Shown: positions 49,609-58,478 of the stretch, piece by piece
How the letters are laid out: every line of letters begins with the position of its first letter
Numbering within the stretch: position 1 is the first letter of the stretch
Sequence record: NC_014260.1
Strand: one strand, 5' to 3'
From: Escherichia phage IME08
Length of the DNA: 64,000 nucleotides
Notes under the pieces: generated by a model
The model's input: only the letters and a program-made list of their open reading frames with translations
Database searches by the model: none
What the model was told of the DNA's origin: nothing
Program-made: the position numbers and the translations under genes

Positions 49609-52600
49609 ATGGCTACTTTAAAATCGATACAATTTAAAAGAAGTAAAACACCAGGAGCCAAGCCTACTGCAGCTCAGTTAGATGAAGGCGAACTGGCTAT
49701 TAACTTGCGTGACCGCACTATTTTTACTAAGTCAGACCAGGGACAGATTATTGATTTAGGCTTTGCTAAAGGTGGCCAGGTTGATGGTGACGTGACTATT
49801 AACGGCCGTTTGACTTTAGAAGGCGAACTTGTCCAAACTAGTACTGCGGGTATGAGAACTGAAGGTAGTATTACCGCACCTGTCTTCCGAGCTAGTAAGG
49901 GCTCATTTTATTCTAGAGCATCTAATGATACTGCTAATGCTCATTTGTGGTTTGAAAATACCAACGGTTCTGAACGCGCTGTATTATATGCCAAACCACA
50001 GCTTGAAAATGAAGGCGTAATTACAATGCGTGTTCGACAAGGAACCGCAGCCGGCGCACAGAATTCAGAGTTCCATTTTATTTCTAATGATGGTGGTATC
50101 TTCCAGGCACGCAAATTAACTGCTTTAACTTCTATTAGTACACCAACTATTAGTGTTAATTTAATTAATCATGATTCTAAAGCCTTTGGACAATACGATT
50201 CACAATCATTAGTTCAGTATGTTTATCCAGGCACCGGTGAAACGAATGGTGTAAACTATCTTCGTAAAGTTCGTGCTAAATCCGGCGGCACCATGTGGCA
50301 CGAGCTTTGCACCGCCCAATTAGGTCAAGCTGATGAACTGTCTTGGTGGACAGGTAATACTCCGTCATCTAAACAATATGGCATTCGTAATGACGGACGA
50401 ATGGCAGGCCGTAATAGCCTTGCATTAGGTACATTCACTACAGATTTCCCGTCTAGTGATTATGGTAACGTCGGTGTAATGGGCGATAAGTATCTTGTTC
50501 TAGGTGACACTGTAACTGGTCTGAAATATATTAAACAAGGTAATTTTGATTTAGTAGGTGGAGGTTATTCTGTCGCTTCTGTTACTTCCGACGGCTTCCG
50601 TGGGACTAGTAAAACCATATTTGGCCGTAGTAATGACCAAGGTCTTACTTGGCTTCTGCCTGGCCAGAACTCTTCTATGGTTTCTATTAGAACCGAAATA
50701 GACGGTAATAACTCTGGGGATGGTCAAACCCATTTAGGTTATAATTCTAATGGTAAACTTTATCATTATTTCCGTGGTACAGGTCGTGTAGCCATTTCTA
50801 TGGCAGAAGGCATGATTATTGAACCGGGTATTTTGAATATTAAGACCGGGGTCAATGAACTGAATCTTAGAGCAGATGGCACAGTTTCTACCACCCAACG
50901 TCTGCAAATTAATAATGGCCTTGTTCTTAATTCTAATAATAATACTTCAGCCTTAGCTTTCACTGCTCCTACAGCCGTTGACGGGACAAAAACCCTTAAT
51001 TGGGATTCAGGTACTCGCGCAGGTCAGAACAAAAACACTGTTATTCTTAAAGCATGGGGTAACTCATTTAATGCTGAAAAAGGTAATCGTGAAACGGTAT
51101 GGGAAGTTTCAGATTCACAAGGTTATTATTTTTATGCCCAACGAACCAATCCAGCTGTTGCTGGTGGTGTGGGACCTGTTAATTTTAAGTTTAACGGAAC
51201 TGTTGAAACAGGCCATATCATAGGCCTTGGTAATATAAGTGCCTCTGGTACAGGTTCTTTTGGTGGCAATGTTACCATGACTAATGGCCTGTTTGTCCAA
51301 GGTGGTGCTTCAATTAACGGACAAGTTAAAATGGGTGGTACCGCTGACGCATTAAGAATTTGGAATGCCGAATACGGTATGATTTTCCGTCGTTCAGAAA
51401 CAGGTTCTTCTGCTTCATTACATCTTATTCCTACCCTTCAGAACGCTGGTGAAAACGGTGGAATAAGTGACCTTCGCCCGCTTTCCATTAATTTGGCTAA
51501 TGGCACGGTTATAATGGGTAATAAAAGTGCTGGATATGGTCCACTTTTTACAGTAGACAACGTAAGCAAATTTGTTCAGACCGACTGTCGACTGCGTGTT
51601 AATATGGATTCCGACGCCATTGTGGTAAATGCTTCATCCCAGGCGGCATCTAACTTTATCCAAGGACGTAAAGCCGATGTTACAAAATGGTATTTAGGTA
51701 TTGGCGACGGTGGTAACGTTGTTCGTTTACATAACTATACTTATTCACATGGTATTGCATTAAACTCTGATACTGTTGATATAACCAAGCCTCTTAAAAT
51801 TGGTTCTGATATTCGTATTGGTACCGATGGTAATATTATAGGCAGTGCTACTTTAGATAACTTTAAAAACCTGAATTCAACATTAGACCATAAAGTTAAT
51901 ATGGGTGGTTGGGCCGGTGGTGCTACTACAGGTTGGTATAAATTTGCTACTGTAGAAATTCCACAATCTACAGGTACAGCATCCTTTAAAATATCAGGTG
52001 GTTCCGGATTTAATTTTAAAAGTTATGGCCAGGCTTCAATAGCCGAAATAGTCCTTAGAACCGGTAATAATAACCCTAAAGGCCTTAATGCTACGCTATG
52101 GAATAGAACTTCTGAAGCTATTTCCCAGGTTGCTTCGGTTAATACAAGCGAAGATATCTATGATATTTACGTTTACTTAGGCGGGTATTCTAATTCTTTG
52201 GTAGTAGAATATACATGCAGTAGCAATAGTAAAGTAACCGTGGTAGGTATGGATAGCGGTGTCCAGCCTTTGGTAGAAACATTACCTGAAGGTCATGTTG
52301 TAGGTAAATCTGTAAGAATGCTGAACAACATTGACGGAATGTTTGCTGCTGGCGAATCGGATATTGTTACACGTGGTGAATACGTTACCAATAATCAAAA
52401 AGGTATGCGTATCAAATCCAGTGGTAATGATATAGGTTCTAATGCTGCTTTGATTAGAAACGACGGTGGAAGTTTTTATATTTTAGTTACAGATAAAAAC
52501 ACGGCAGAAAACCCAAATGCAACTGACGGGCTGTGGAATGGCTTAAGACCTTTCTCTATCAACATGGCCGATGGCCGTGTTGGCATGAACCACGGGTTAA

Positions 52601-53478
52601 ATATTACTGGTGGCGGATTAAACGTTACCGGTGGTAATACTAACCTTGGCAATATTACTTCGCGAGTGGTTTCATCCGCACGCGCGCCGGGCGGTTGGGC
52701 TGATAACTCAGATTCCACGAAATCTAAAATCACCTTTATGGCAGACCATGGTGATTTATCCAATTCGGGTAGTTATTATCCTATTGTCGGTGCGTGGAGT
52801 AACTATGGTTCAGCGGGTTATCGTCAAACCTTTGAATTTGGATGGGTCGGCACTGGTACCACAGCTGGTTGGCGCGATGGCATTATTCGTATACGTGGCG
52901 ACAACGCTACCGGCCAACAAGCAAGATGGCGCTTTACAATGGACGGTCTTTTAGATTGCCCTGGTAAAGTACAGATGCCACAAACAAGTGCCTTTGGTGT
53001 TAATACAACTAACTCACTCGGTGGAAGTAGTATAACATTTGGCGATAGTGATACCGGTATTAAGCAAAACGGTGATGGATTATTAGACATATATGCGAAC
53101 AATATACAAGTATTCCGTTTCCAAAATGGTGATTTGTACTCGTATAAAAATATAAATGCTCCTAACGTTTATATTCGTTCTGATATTCGTTTGAAATCAA
53201 ACTTCAGGCCTATTGAAAATGCTCTTGAAAAGGTTGAACAGCTCGACGGTTTAATCTATGATAAAGCTGAATATATCGGCGGTGAAGCGGTTCAAACCGA
53301 AGCGGGTGTTATTGCGCAGAGCCTGGAAGAAGTATTACCTGAAGCTATTTGTGAAGCTGAAGATATCAAAGGTAATAAAGTTCTAACAGTTTCGACTCAG
53401 GCACAAGTTGCTCTGTTAATTGAAGCGGTTAAAACCCTGTCGGCTAAAGTTAGAGAACTTGAAGCTAAATTAAATTAA
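49609..53478 (+). CDS. 37: long tail fibre distal subunit gp37 with C-terminal intramolecular-chaperone (S74-like) domain
   Basis: 1289 aa; C-terminus YIRSDIRLKSN…LSAKVRELEAKLN has the S-D-x3-K pattern and terminal helix of IMC autoprotease domains. Confidence 0.85.
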   Translation: MATLKSIQFKRSKTPGAKPTAAQLDEGELAINLRDRTIFTKSDQGQIIDLGFAKGGQVDGDVTINGRLTLEGELVQTSTAGMRTEGSITAPVFRASKGSFYSRASNDTANAHLWFENTNGSERAVLYAKPQLENEGVITMRVRQGTAAGAQNSEFHFISNDGGIFQARKLTALTSISTPTISVNLINHDSKAFGQYDSQSLVQYVYPGTGETNGVNYLRKVRAKSGGTMWHELCTAQLGQADELSWWTGNTPSSKQYGIRNDGRMAGRNSLALGTFTTDFPSSDYGNVGVMGDKYLVLGDTVTGLKYIKQGNFDLVGGGYSVASVTSDGFRGTSKTIFGRSNDQGLTWLLPGQNSSMVSIRTEIDGNNSGDGQTHLGYNSNGKLYHYFRGTGRVAISMAEGMIIEPGILNIKTGVNELNLRADGTVSTTQRLQINNGLVLNSNNNTSALAFTAPTAVDGTKTLNWDSGTRAGQNKNTVILKAWGNSFNAEKGNRETVWEVSDSQGYYFYAQRTNPAVAGGVGPVNFKFNGTVETGHIIGLGNISASGTGSFGGNVTMTNGLFVQGGASINGQVKMGGTADALRIWNAEYGMIFRRSETGSSASLHLIPTLQNAGENGGISDLRPLSINLANGTVIMGNKSAGYGPLFTVDNVSKFVQTDCRLRVNMDSDAIVVNASSQAASNFIQGRKADVTKWYLGIGDGGNVVRLHNYTYSHGIALNSDTVDITKPLKIGSDIRIGTDGNIIGSATLDNFKNLNSTLDHKVNMGGWAGGATTGWYKFATVEIPQSTGTASFKISGGSGFNFKSYGQASIAEIVLRTGNNNPKGLNATLWNRTSEAISQVASVNTSEDIYDIYVYLGGYSNSLVVEYTCSSNSKVTVVGMDSGVQPLVETLPEGHVVGKSVRMLNNIDGMFAAGESDIVTRGEYVTNNQKGMRIKSSGNDIGSNAALIRNDGGSFYILVTDKNTAENPNATDGLWNGLRPFSINMADGRVGMNHGLNITGGGLNVTGGNTNLGNITSRVVSSARAPGGWADNSDSTKSKITFMADHGDLSNSGSYYPIVGAWSNYGSAGYRQTFEFGWVGTGTTAGWRDGIIRIRGDNATGQQARWRFTMDGLLDCPGKVQMPQTSAFGVNTTNSLGGSSITFGDSDTGIKQNGDGLLDIYANNIQVFRFQNGDLYSYKNINAPNVYIRSDIRLKSNFRPIENALEKVEQLDGLIYDKAEYIGGEAVQTEAGVIAQSLEEVLPEAICEAEDIKGNKVLTVSTQAQVALLIEAVKTLSAKVRELEAKLN

Positions 53479-53483
53479 GAAAA

Positions 53484-53497
53484 GGGCCTTCGGGCCC
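53484..53497. terminator. hairpin GGGCC-TTCG-GGCCC (UUCG tetraloop) after gene 37
   Basis: Immediately after gene 37 stop. Confidence 0.55.
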
Positions 53498-53509
53498 TAA
53501 GGATTTATT

Positions 53510-54298
53510 ATGGCAATTGTAGGATTACCTGGTTGGGTCGGACAATCTGCAGTTGACGAAACCGGTCAACGTTGGATGGATGCAGCAATGCGTGATGTTC
53601 GTGTAGCTGTTCCGGGTTGGATGGGTTCGATGGCTAACCAATCAAAAGAAATTTACTATTCAATAGGGGCTAATCATAACTATGATAAAAACACCCTTAT
53701 AAACTGGATGAGAGCCCAAGGCGGGGCGCCTGTAGTTATCACAATTACCGGCAACATAGTATCAAATAGTACAGGCAACGCTTGCCTGGAATTTCCTAGT
53801 GACCTTCCTAATGCGTATATTCAACTTACCATTAATAGTGGCGTAACTGTTTATGGCCGAGGAGGTAACGGTTCGACTAACGGTTCAGCCGGTGGTAATG
53901 GTGGTGTTGCTATCCGTAACTCAGCAGGAACCAAATTGCGTATTCGAAACAATGGCGCTATCGCAGGTGGTGGCGGCGGTGGCGGCGCTGTATCGTTACA
54001 GAACAGCTATCCGACTAACGGTACCTGTGGCGGTGGTGGTGGTAGACCATTCGGCAACGGCGGGAAAATAGGGTCTGATGCCATATTGTCCGGTGCAAAC
54101 GCATCTTTAACTGGCGCTGGCTCGGGTGGTACCACGGTCCAATATGGTGCAGGCAACGGCGGTAACGTTGGAGCTGCAGGCGGACGAGGATGGGGTAAAA
54201 ACGTTTATACCTCTGCAGGTGGTTCAGCTGGCGCAGCCGTTACAGGTAATGCTCCTTCTTGGCAGAACGTAGGAACCATCTACGGAAGCCGTGTGTAA
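53510..54298 (+). CDS. 38: gp38 receptor-recognising adhesin (T2 type, glycine-rich motifs)
   Basis: 262 aa; conserved N-terminus MAIVGLPGWVG…ETGQRWM; poly-Gly islands (GGGGGGGA, CGGGGGRPFGNGG). Confidence 0.8.
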   Translation: MAIVGLPGWVGQSAVDETGQRWMDAAMRDVRVAVPGWMGSMANQSKEIYYSIGANHNYDKNTLINWMRAQGGAPVVITITGNIVSNSTGNACLEFPSDLPNAYIQLTINSGVTVYGRGGNGSTNGSAGGNGGVAIRNSAGTKLRIRNNGAIAGGGGGGGAVSLQNSYPTNGTCGGGGGRPFGNGGKIGSDAILSGANASLTGAGSGGTTVQYGAGNGGNVGAAGGRGWGKNVYTSAGGSAGAAVTGNAPSWQNVGTIYGSRV

Positions 54299-54309
54299 TA
54301 CTTCTGTAT

Positions 54310-54317
54310 TATAAATA
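54310..54317 (+). promoter_or_regulatory. late promoter TATAAATA (holin t)
   Basis: TATAAATA 19 nt upstream of t ATG, AAGGAGA RBS between. Confidence 0.65.
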
Positions 54318-54335
54318 TCTTTAAAGGAGAAAAGT

Positions 54336-54989
54336 ATGGAACCAAAAGTAGGAATATCGTTATCAGACCTACTTTTTGGACTTCTTGATAGAATTTTTAA
54401 AGATACTTCTTCCGGGAAAGTAGTTTTTTCCCGGGTCCTAGTCGTGGTATTATTGTTCTTTATGGCACTGGTTTGGTATAAAGGCGAGTATATTCTAAAC
54501 TTTTACAAAGAGACAACTTATGCCTCTTATACTGAAATGATTAGACAAGACCAGGACAATAGATTTAAAATTGCGGCTATCGAGCAGCTCCGAATAGTGC
54601 ATTCTTCTTCAGGCGCAGACTTCACAGCAATATATTCTTTTAGACCAACCAACATGAATTATTTTGTGGATATGGTGGCTTACGAGGGTAAATTACCGGA
54701 AACGGTAGACGCAAAAAACACGGGAGGGTTTCCAATTGACAAAACGTCAATAGAATATATGGCGGGAGTTAACGGGAACTATTTTGAATCAAGTACTGAA
54801 ACTGTATTTCTTCCTACAAAGAAGAAAACACAATTCACGTATATGTTTTCGTGCCCGTTTTTTAATTTGGATAACGTCTACGCCGGCTCGATATCGTTGT
54901 ACTGGTATGATATCAAACCGGATTTAGGATTTCCTAGACTTTCGTCTATGTGCGGTCAAGCCGGAAGGACATTAGGTCGAACACGTTAG
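54336..54989 (+). CDS. t: holin T
   Basis: 217 aa; single N-terminal TM (VLVVVLLFFMALVWY) and large periplasmic domain; colinear with recalled T4 T. Confidence 0.9.
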   Translation: MEPKVGISLSDLLFGLLDRIFKDTSSGKVVFSRVLVVVLLFFMALVWYKGEYILNFYKETTYASYTEMIRQDQDNRFKIAAIEQLRIVHSSSGADFTAIYSFRPTNMNYFVDMVAYEGKLPETVDAKNTGGFPIDKTSIEYMAGVNGNYFESSTETVFLPTKKKTQFTYMFSCPFFNLDNVYAGSISLYWYDIKPDLGFPRLSSMCGQAGRTLGRTR

Positions 54990-55261
54990 AAATTGGAGGT
55001 ATACATCATTAAATAACGATGTATATCTTCATACCCTTCATTAAATTGCTCAATAAGAGTTTCACGCTCATCTTCAGTTAAAGACTTAAATAATTTGTTA
55101 TAAGACAAACCATTAAGTTCCTTTCCATGTTCATTACGAATACCTAACTCATTCAAAAAGGCAATAAACTCATCACGACGTTGCATGATGTCTTCACAAT
55201 CCGTTTTAATCAAAATGGAAACAATAGTGGCAATTTCGGAAACGATTTCAATTTTAGTCAT
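54986..55261 (-). CDS. asiA: anti-sigma-70 factor AsiA
   Basis: 91 aa; IVSILIK…FIAFLNE…NEGYEDIHRYLMMYT matches recalled AsiA. Confidence 0.85.
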   Translation of the reverse strand: MTKIEIVSEIATIVSILIKTDCEDIMQRRDEFIAFLNELGIRNEHGKELNGLSYNKLFKSLTEDERETLIEQFNEGYEDIHRYLMMYTSNF

Positions 55262-55302
55262 AATATTCTCTTCAATTCAGTACGACATTATCTGATAGGG
55301 CT

Positions 55303-55331
55303 ATACTAACATATCCTTAGGGATTGTAAAC
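55303..55331 (-). promoter_or_regulatory. T4-type early promoter (GTTTAC-N17-TAGTAT) for asiA
   Basis: Plus-strand ATACTA 55303-55308 and GTAAAC 55326-55331. Confidence 0.55.
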
Positions 55332-55475
55332 ATGTTCTTCGTTCTTTTTAACATATTCCTGATACATCTCTTCTATTGGTTCCTGGAACTTAAAATCAGC
55401 TCCCAGGAATTCCTCAAAGCACTCCTGCTCACGCGTACGCATGCCTGTTACGGTATTCTCTAAGTTATGGCTCAT
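55317..55475 (-). CDS. small acidic protein, hypothetical
   Basis: 52 aa, Glu-rich (MSHNLENTV…EEFLGADFKFQEPIEEMYQEYVKKNEEH); not in ORF track. Confidence 0.3.
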   Translation of the reverse strand: MSHNLENTVTGMRTREQECFEEFLGADFKFQEPIEEMYQEYVKKNEEHVYNP

Positions 55476-55564
55476 AGCCTTTACCCTTATGTTTATGTTT
55501 ACGTTTAGACTCTTTAAGATTTTTCTTCTTGTCCTTATGGACAGAAGCCTTATTGAAATCGTGC

Positions 55565-55846
55565 TTAGCTACCAGATTGTTCACGTAATTTCCTTAATTG
55601 ATATTCAAGAGAGCTGATAATTTCTTTATTAGTTGCAATATACATATCACGTAGGAACGGCTTCAAACCTTCCATATTCCCATGGATTGTCTTAGAACTA
55701 ATATTCTTTATATATTCATGGTCTAATGCATCCCAAGCCGGTTGGTTCACATAAGTTCCCCAATTATCTTCCACCGTAACATTCAGTCGTTTAACATGAT
55801 TAATATGGGCTTCGATTGCATCAATCTGGAGTTGTTTAAGATTCAT
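55565..55846 (-). CDS. hypothetical protein (arn/motA.1 region)
   Basis: 93-aa ORF. Confidence 0.4.
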   Translation of the reverse strand: MNLKQLQIDAIEAHINHVKRLNVTVEDNWGTYVNQPAWDALDHEYIKNISSKTIHGNMEGLKPFLRDMYIATNKEIISSLEYQLRKLREQSGS

Positions 55847-56334
55847 TAGTAAAGGTCCTCAGAGTAAAGTTCTTTTTCACTACCACCACGTTCAATACGA
55901 ACTTGTCCAGCGTAAGTCGCAATAATCATTGCTTCTTCGCGAGTCCAATAGTTTGAATATTGGTCAATAAATCCTTGGTCATCACCACAAACATGGTCAG
56001 ATACAAGCTTATCACTCACCTGGTCAAGCACTTCTGCCATATCTTTGGAATAATGTCGAGCGCCAGGAATAACCAGAGTCCCGCCACCTTTTAACTTAAA
56101 GCGGTTGGCTGCACATACAATTCGTCGCTGATATTTTTCATTATTGTTCCAATAGGCAATCTGCCAACATATTTCAGGAACCTCTTCTAAAACATCCTCT
56201 TCTGTATATTCGGTGTAATCGCCATAAGCCCGTAATTTAGCCGCTAGACTTTCAGGCGTCTCACGAGAAAGAGCTTTATCTAATAAAGCCATACGGTCTT
56301 TAAAGGATAGTGCTTTACCTTTTAGTGGATTCAT
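55846..56334 (-). CDS. hypothetical protein
   Basis: 162-aa ORF. Confidence 0.5.
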   Translation of the reverse strand: MNPLKGKALSFKDRMALLDKALSRETPESLAAKLRAYGDYTEYTEEDVLEEVPEICWQIAYWNNNEKYQRRIVCAANRFKLKGGGTLVIPGARHYSKDMAEVLDQVSDKLVSDHVCGDDQGFIDQYSNYWTREEAMIIATYAGQVRIERGGSEKELYSEDLY

Positions 56335-56678
56335 TTGAAAATTACCTTATGGCCGATATCTTTAGCGAATTCTTGAATTTTGGTGGCAGTTTCAATTAAA
56401 TCACCTTTATAATAGGATGATAATTTAATATTAACTGTTTGGCCCTCGCCATACGAAGTTATATTTACCTTTTCAATAAAAATAATCTCAAGAAATCGTA
56501 ATAACTGCATACCAAATTCAAGATAAACGTTATCAATCTGGAGATTGAGTTGATAAATTTTCTTAATACCATTTACCAGAGCCACACGCTCATCCCAATC
56601 ATTACGCTGCTCTTCAATCAATTTAAGGGAATGGCCTTCGCCGTCCCAGTCAAGTTCCATCGGAATCATTTGAACCAT
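56331..56678 (-). CDS. hypothetical protein
   Basis: 115-aa ORF. Confidence 0.45.
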   Translation of the reverse strand: MVQMIPMELDWDGEGHSLKLIEEQRNDWDERVALVNGIKKIYQLNLQIDNVYLEFGMQLLRFLEIIFIEKVNITSYGEGQTVNIKLSSYYKGDLIETATKIQEFAKDIGHKVIFK

Positions 56679-56995
56679 CCTTTAACACGTTGCCATAAAG
56701 TTTTCTGTTGAGCTTTATTAACACCAATTGAACGAATGACAGGTTGTGATTCCTGGTATTCTTTGTAGTCCGCTTTATAGACTTCATAAGCGGCTGGAAC
56801 AAAGGTGCTGATTGCGGCCATAAAGTTCTTACGAATTCCCATAGAAGCTTCAGAACCACCACGGATGATTAAGTATTTACCTGCTTTAATCTTAACAATA
56901 GTGCCGAGATAAGCACCGTGGTACCAAATGTCCCAACCTTCTTGAGTAGGTTCTGCACAACGACGAAGTTCATTAACAATATTCAGCTTGTTCAT
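56666..56995 (-). CDS. hypothetical protein
   Basis: 109-aa ORF. Confidence 0.45.
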   Translation of the reverse strand: MNKLNIVNELRRCAEPTQEGWDIWYHGAYLGTIVKIKAGKYLIIRGGSEASMGIRKNFMAAISTFVPAAYEVYKADYKEYQESQPVIRSIGVNKAQQKTLWQRVKGWFK

Positions 56996-57013
56996 AATAA
57001 TTTCCTCAGTCAG

Positions 57014-57646
57014 TTAAATTGCGTTGGTTACGGTTTTGATAACTTCAGATGATACGTTTTGGAAGTCAATATAAGTATTCTTACCACCAGTCTTAATCTT
57101 AACATCAAGATTCAAGGAAGTAAACACTTGTTTTTCTTTATCAGTCATATTATAACCGAAGATACGCATCATTCCGTCACGACGGACTTCGATTTGACGA
57201 ATACCATTGGTACGTTTGGCGAATCGAACTTCAAGGTTGCTACGGTTTTCAGCAATTTCACGAATCTCGATACGGTCTTCTAATAAAGCTTTAACTTCAT
57301 CAGCCAATGTTACCATTTCAGGAGTAACACCACGTGAACTACGCGTTTTACGTTTTTCCAACATCTCAGGAGCATTTTCAGAAGCGAACAAGTCGGCAGC
57401 TTTTTGAACAAGGTCCATTGCTTCACCCGTAGCCACTAAACCATCACCGGATTTTTCGATGAACCCTTTCTTAATCAATACACCGATGTTAGAGTTGACC
57501 ACCGCAGCACTAAATTGCTCACTCAGGGCTTCACGGACTTCGCCTGAAGTGATGAAGTTATGCTTGATGATATGTACTAAGATCGAAGCAGTTTTTTCAT
57601 TCAGGGCGTCTTCAGAAGCTTTGATGATATAAGTAATTTTAGACAT
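57014..57646 (-). CDS. motA: middle-mode transcription activator MotA
   Basis: 210 aa; MSKITYIIKAS…VNSNIGVLIKKGFIEKSGDGL… matches recalled MotA. Confidence 0.9.
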   Translation of the reverse strand: MSKITYIIKASEDALNEKTASILVHIIKHNFITSGEVREALSEQFSAAVVNSNIGVLIKKGFIEKSGDGLVATGEAMDLVQKAADLFASENAPEMLEKRKTRSSRGVTPEMVTLADEVKALLEDRIEIREIAENRSNLEVRFAKRTNGIRQIEVRRDGMMRIFGYNMTDKEKQVFTSLNLDVKIKTGGKNTYIDFQNVSSEVIKTVTNAI

Positions 57647-57680
57647 TTTAATCTCCGATAACCATTTATTTGATAGGTCT

Positions 57681-57710
57681 ATAATAACATTATCATAGAC
57701 CTTTGTATAT
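57681..57710 (-). promoter_or_regulatory. early promoter-like cassette upstream of motA (weak -35)
   Basis: Shares TTGATAGGTCTATAATA; -35 position reads GTATAT rather than GTAAAC on plus. Confidence 0.35.
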
Positions 57711-57720
57711 AATTTTTTAA

Positions 57721-57942
57721 TTAAATTGCGCTTTTAACATAATCAACATAAGCTTCAACAACTTTCTTAGAAGAAATTTTAGCTTGACCACGACCATTAC
57801 CGGTTTTTAAATTTTTCTTAACAACCACTTTATCTGACTTAACACCCCATACATGGATATAAGTATCTAAATCACAATCAAAGAACATTGCATGATCGGT
57901 ATTAGCATTGTAGAAAAAAGAATTAATATTTAAGGTTTTCAT
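57721..57942 (-). CDS. hypothetical small protein
   Basis: Start ATG 57942 after GGAGA RBS inside the repeated cassette. Confidence 0.4.
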   Translation of the reverse strand: MKTLNINSFFYNANTDHAMFFDCDLDTYIHVWGVKSDKVVVKKNLKTGNGRGQAKISSKKVVEAYVDYVKSAI

Positions 57943-58000
57943 TTTGTATCTCCATTTCACTCTGTTGTTTTGATAGGTCTATAATAACACGTTTAAAGCA
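57940..58000. repeat. 61-bp direct repeat copy 1 (start codon + leader + RBS + early promoter -10)
   Basis: Identical to 58263-58323. Confidence 0.8.
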
Positions 58001-58009
58001 AAAGTAAAC
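57981..58009 (-). promoter_or_regulatory. T4-type early promoter (GTTTAC-N17-TATTAT)
   Basis: Plus-strand ATAATA 57981-57986 and GTAAAC 58004-58009. Confidence 0.55.
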
Positions 58010-58049
58010 TTTATTTTGAGCTCTTTTCAAGAGCTCTGGTAAAAATTAC

Positions 58050-58265
58050 TTAGATTGATAGGTCTTTAATCTCGGCGATTAAAGCAGCTTTTCCTTCACG
58101 AAGTTTTTCCAGTTCACGACCATTAGAGCCGCGAACTACTAAGGAATTTATCTCTATTTCCAACCAATTTAGTTTTTCAACCAGTTCTTTACGTTTAGCA
58201 TTCATGCCGGGTTTAACTTTACCGAAACGGATGGTAGCGTTTTGGGTATTTTTCATCTTATTCAT
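58050..58265 (-). CDS. hypothetical small protein
   Basis: Start ATG 58265 in second cassette copy; coiled-coil-like composition. Confidence 0.4.
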   Translation of the reverse strand: MNKMKNTQNATIRFGKVKPGMNAKRKELVEKLNWLEIEINSLVVRGSNGRELEKLREGKAALIAEIKDLSI

Positions 58266-58323
58266 TTTGTATCTCCATTTCACTCTGTTGTTTTGATAGG
58301 TCTATAATAACACGTTTAAAGCA
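58263..58323. repeat. 61-bp direct repeat copy 2
   Basis: Identical to 57940-58000. Confidence 0.8.
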
Positions 58324-58332
58324 GATGTATAC
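58304..58332 (-). promoter_or_regulatory. T4-type early promoter variant (GTATAC-N17-TATTAT)
   Basis: Plus-strand ATAATA 58304-58309 and GTATAC 58327-58332. Confidence 0.45.
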
Positions 58333-58357
58333 CTTTATTTTCACTAAACCCAAAAAA

Positions 58358-58373
58358 GGAACCCGAAGGTTCC
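58358..58373. terminator. hairpin GGAACC-CGAA-GGTTCC
   Basis: Follows the stop of the small membrane ORF. Confidence 0.55.
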
Positions 58374-58376
58374 TTA

Positions 58377-58478
58377 CTTTTTAAAGTGAGCTGCTATTAA
58401 ACCTATAGCTAAGCCTGTCGCCAGGCCTAGGATAACAGCAAAGATACAGAGTAACAAGAACTCGACTCCAAGGCTCAT
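58377..58478 (-). CDS. small hydrophobic membrane peptide, hypothetical
   Basis: 33 aa MSLGVEFLLLCIFAVILGLATGLAIGLIAAHFK; start ATG overlaps gene 52 stop (ATGA). Confidence 0.3.

Noticed and set aside
56650-56862. 70-aa ORF overlapping two minus-strand ORFs
   Set aside because: Alternative frame within 56666-56995; no independent start context.
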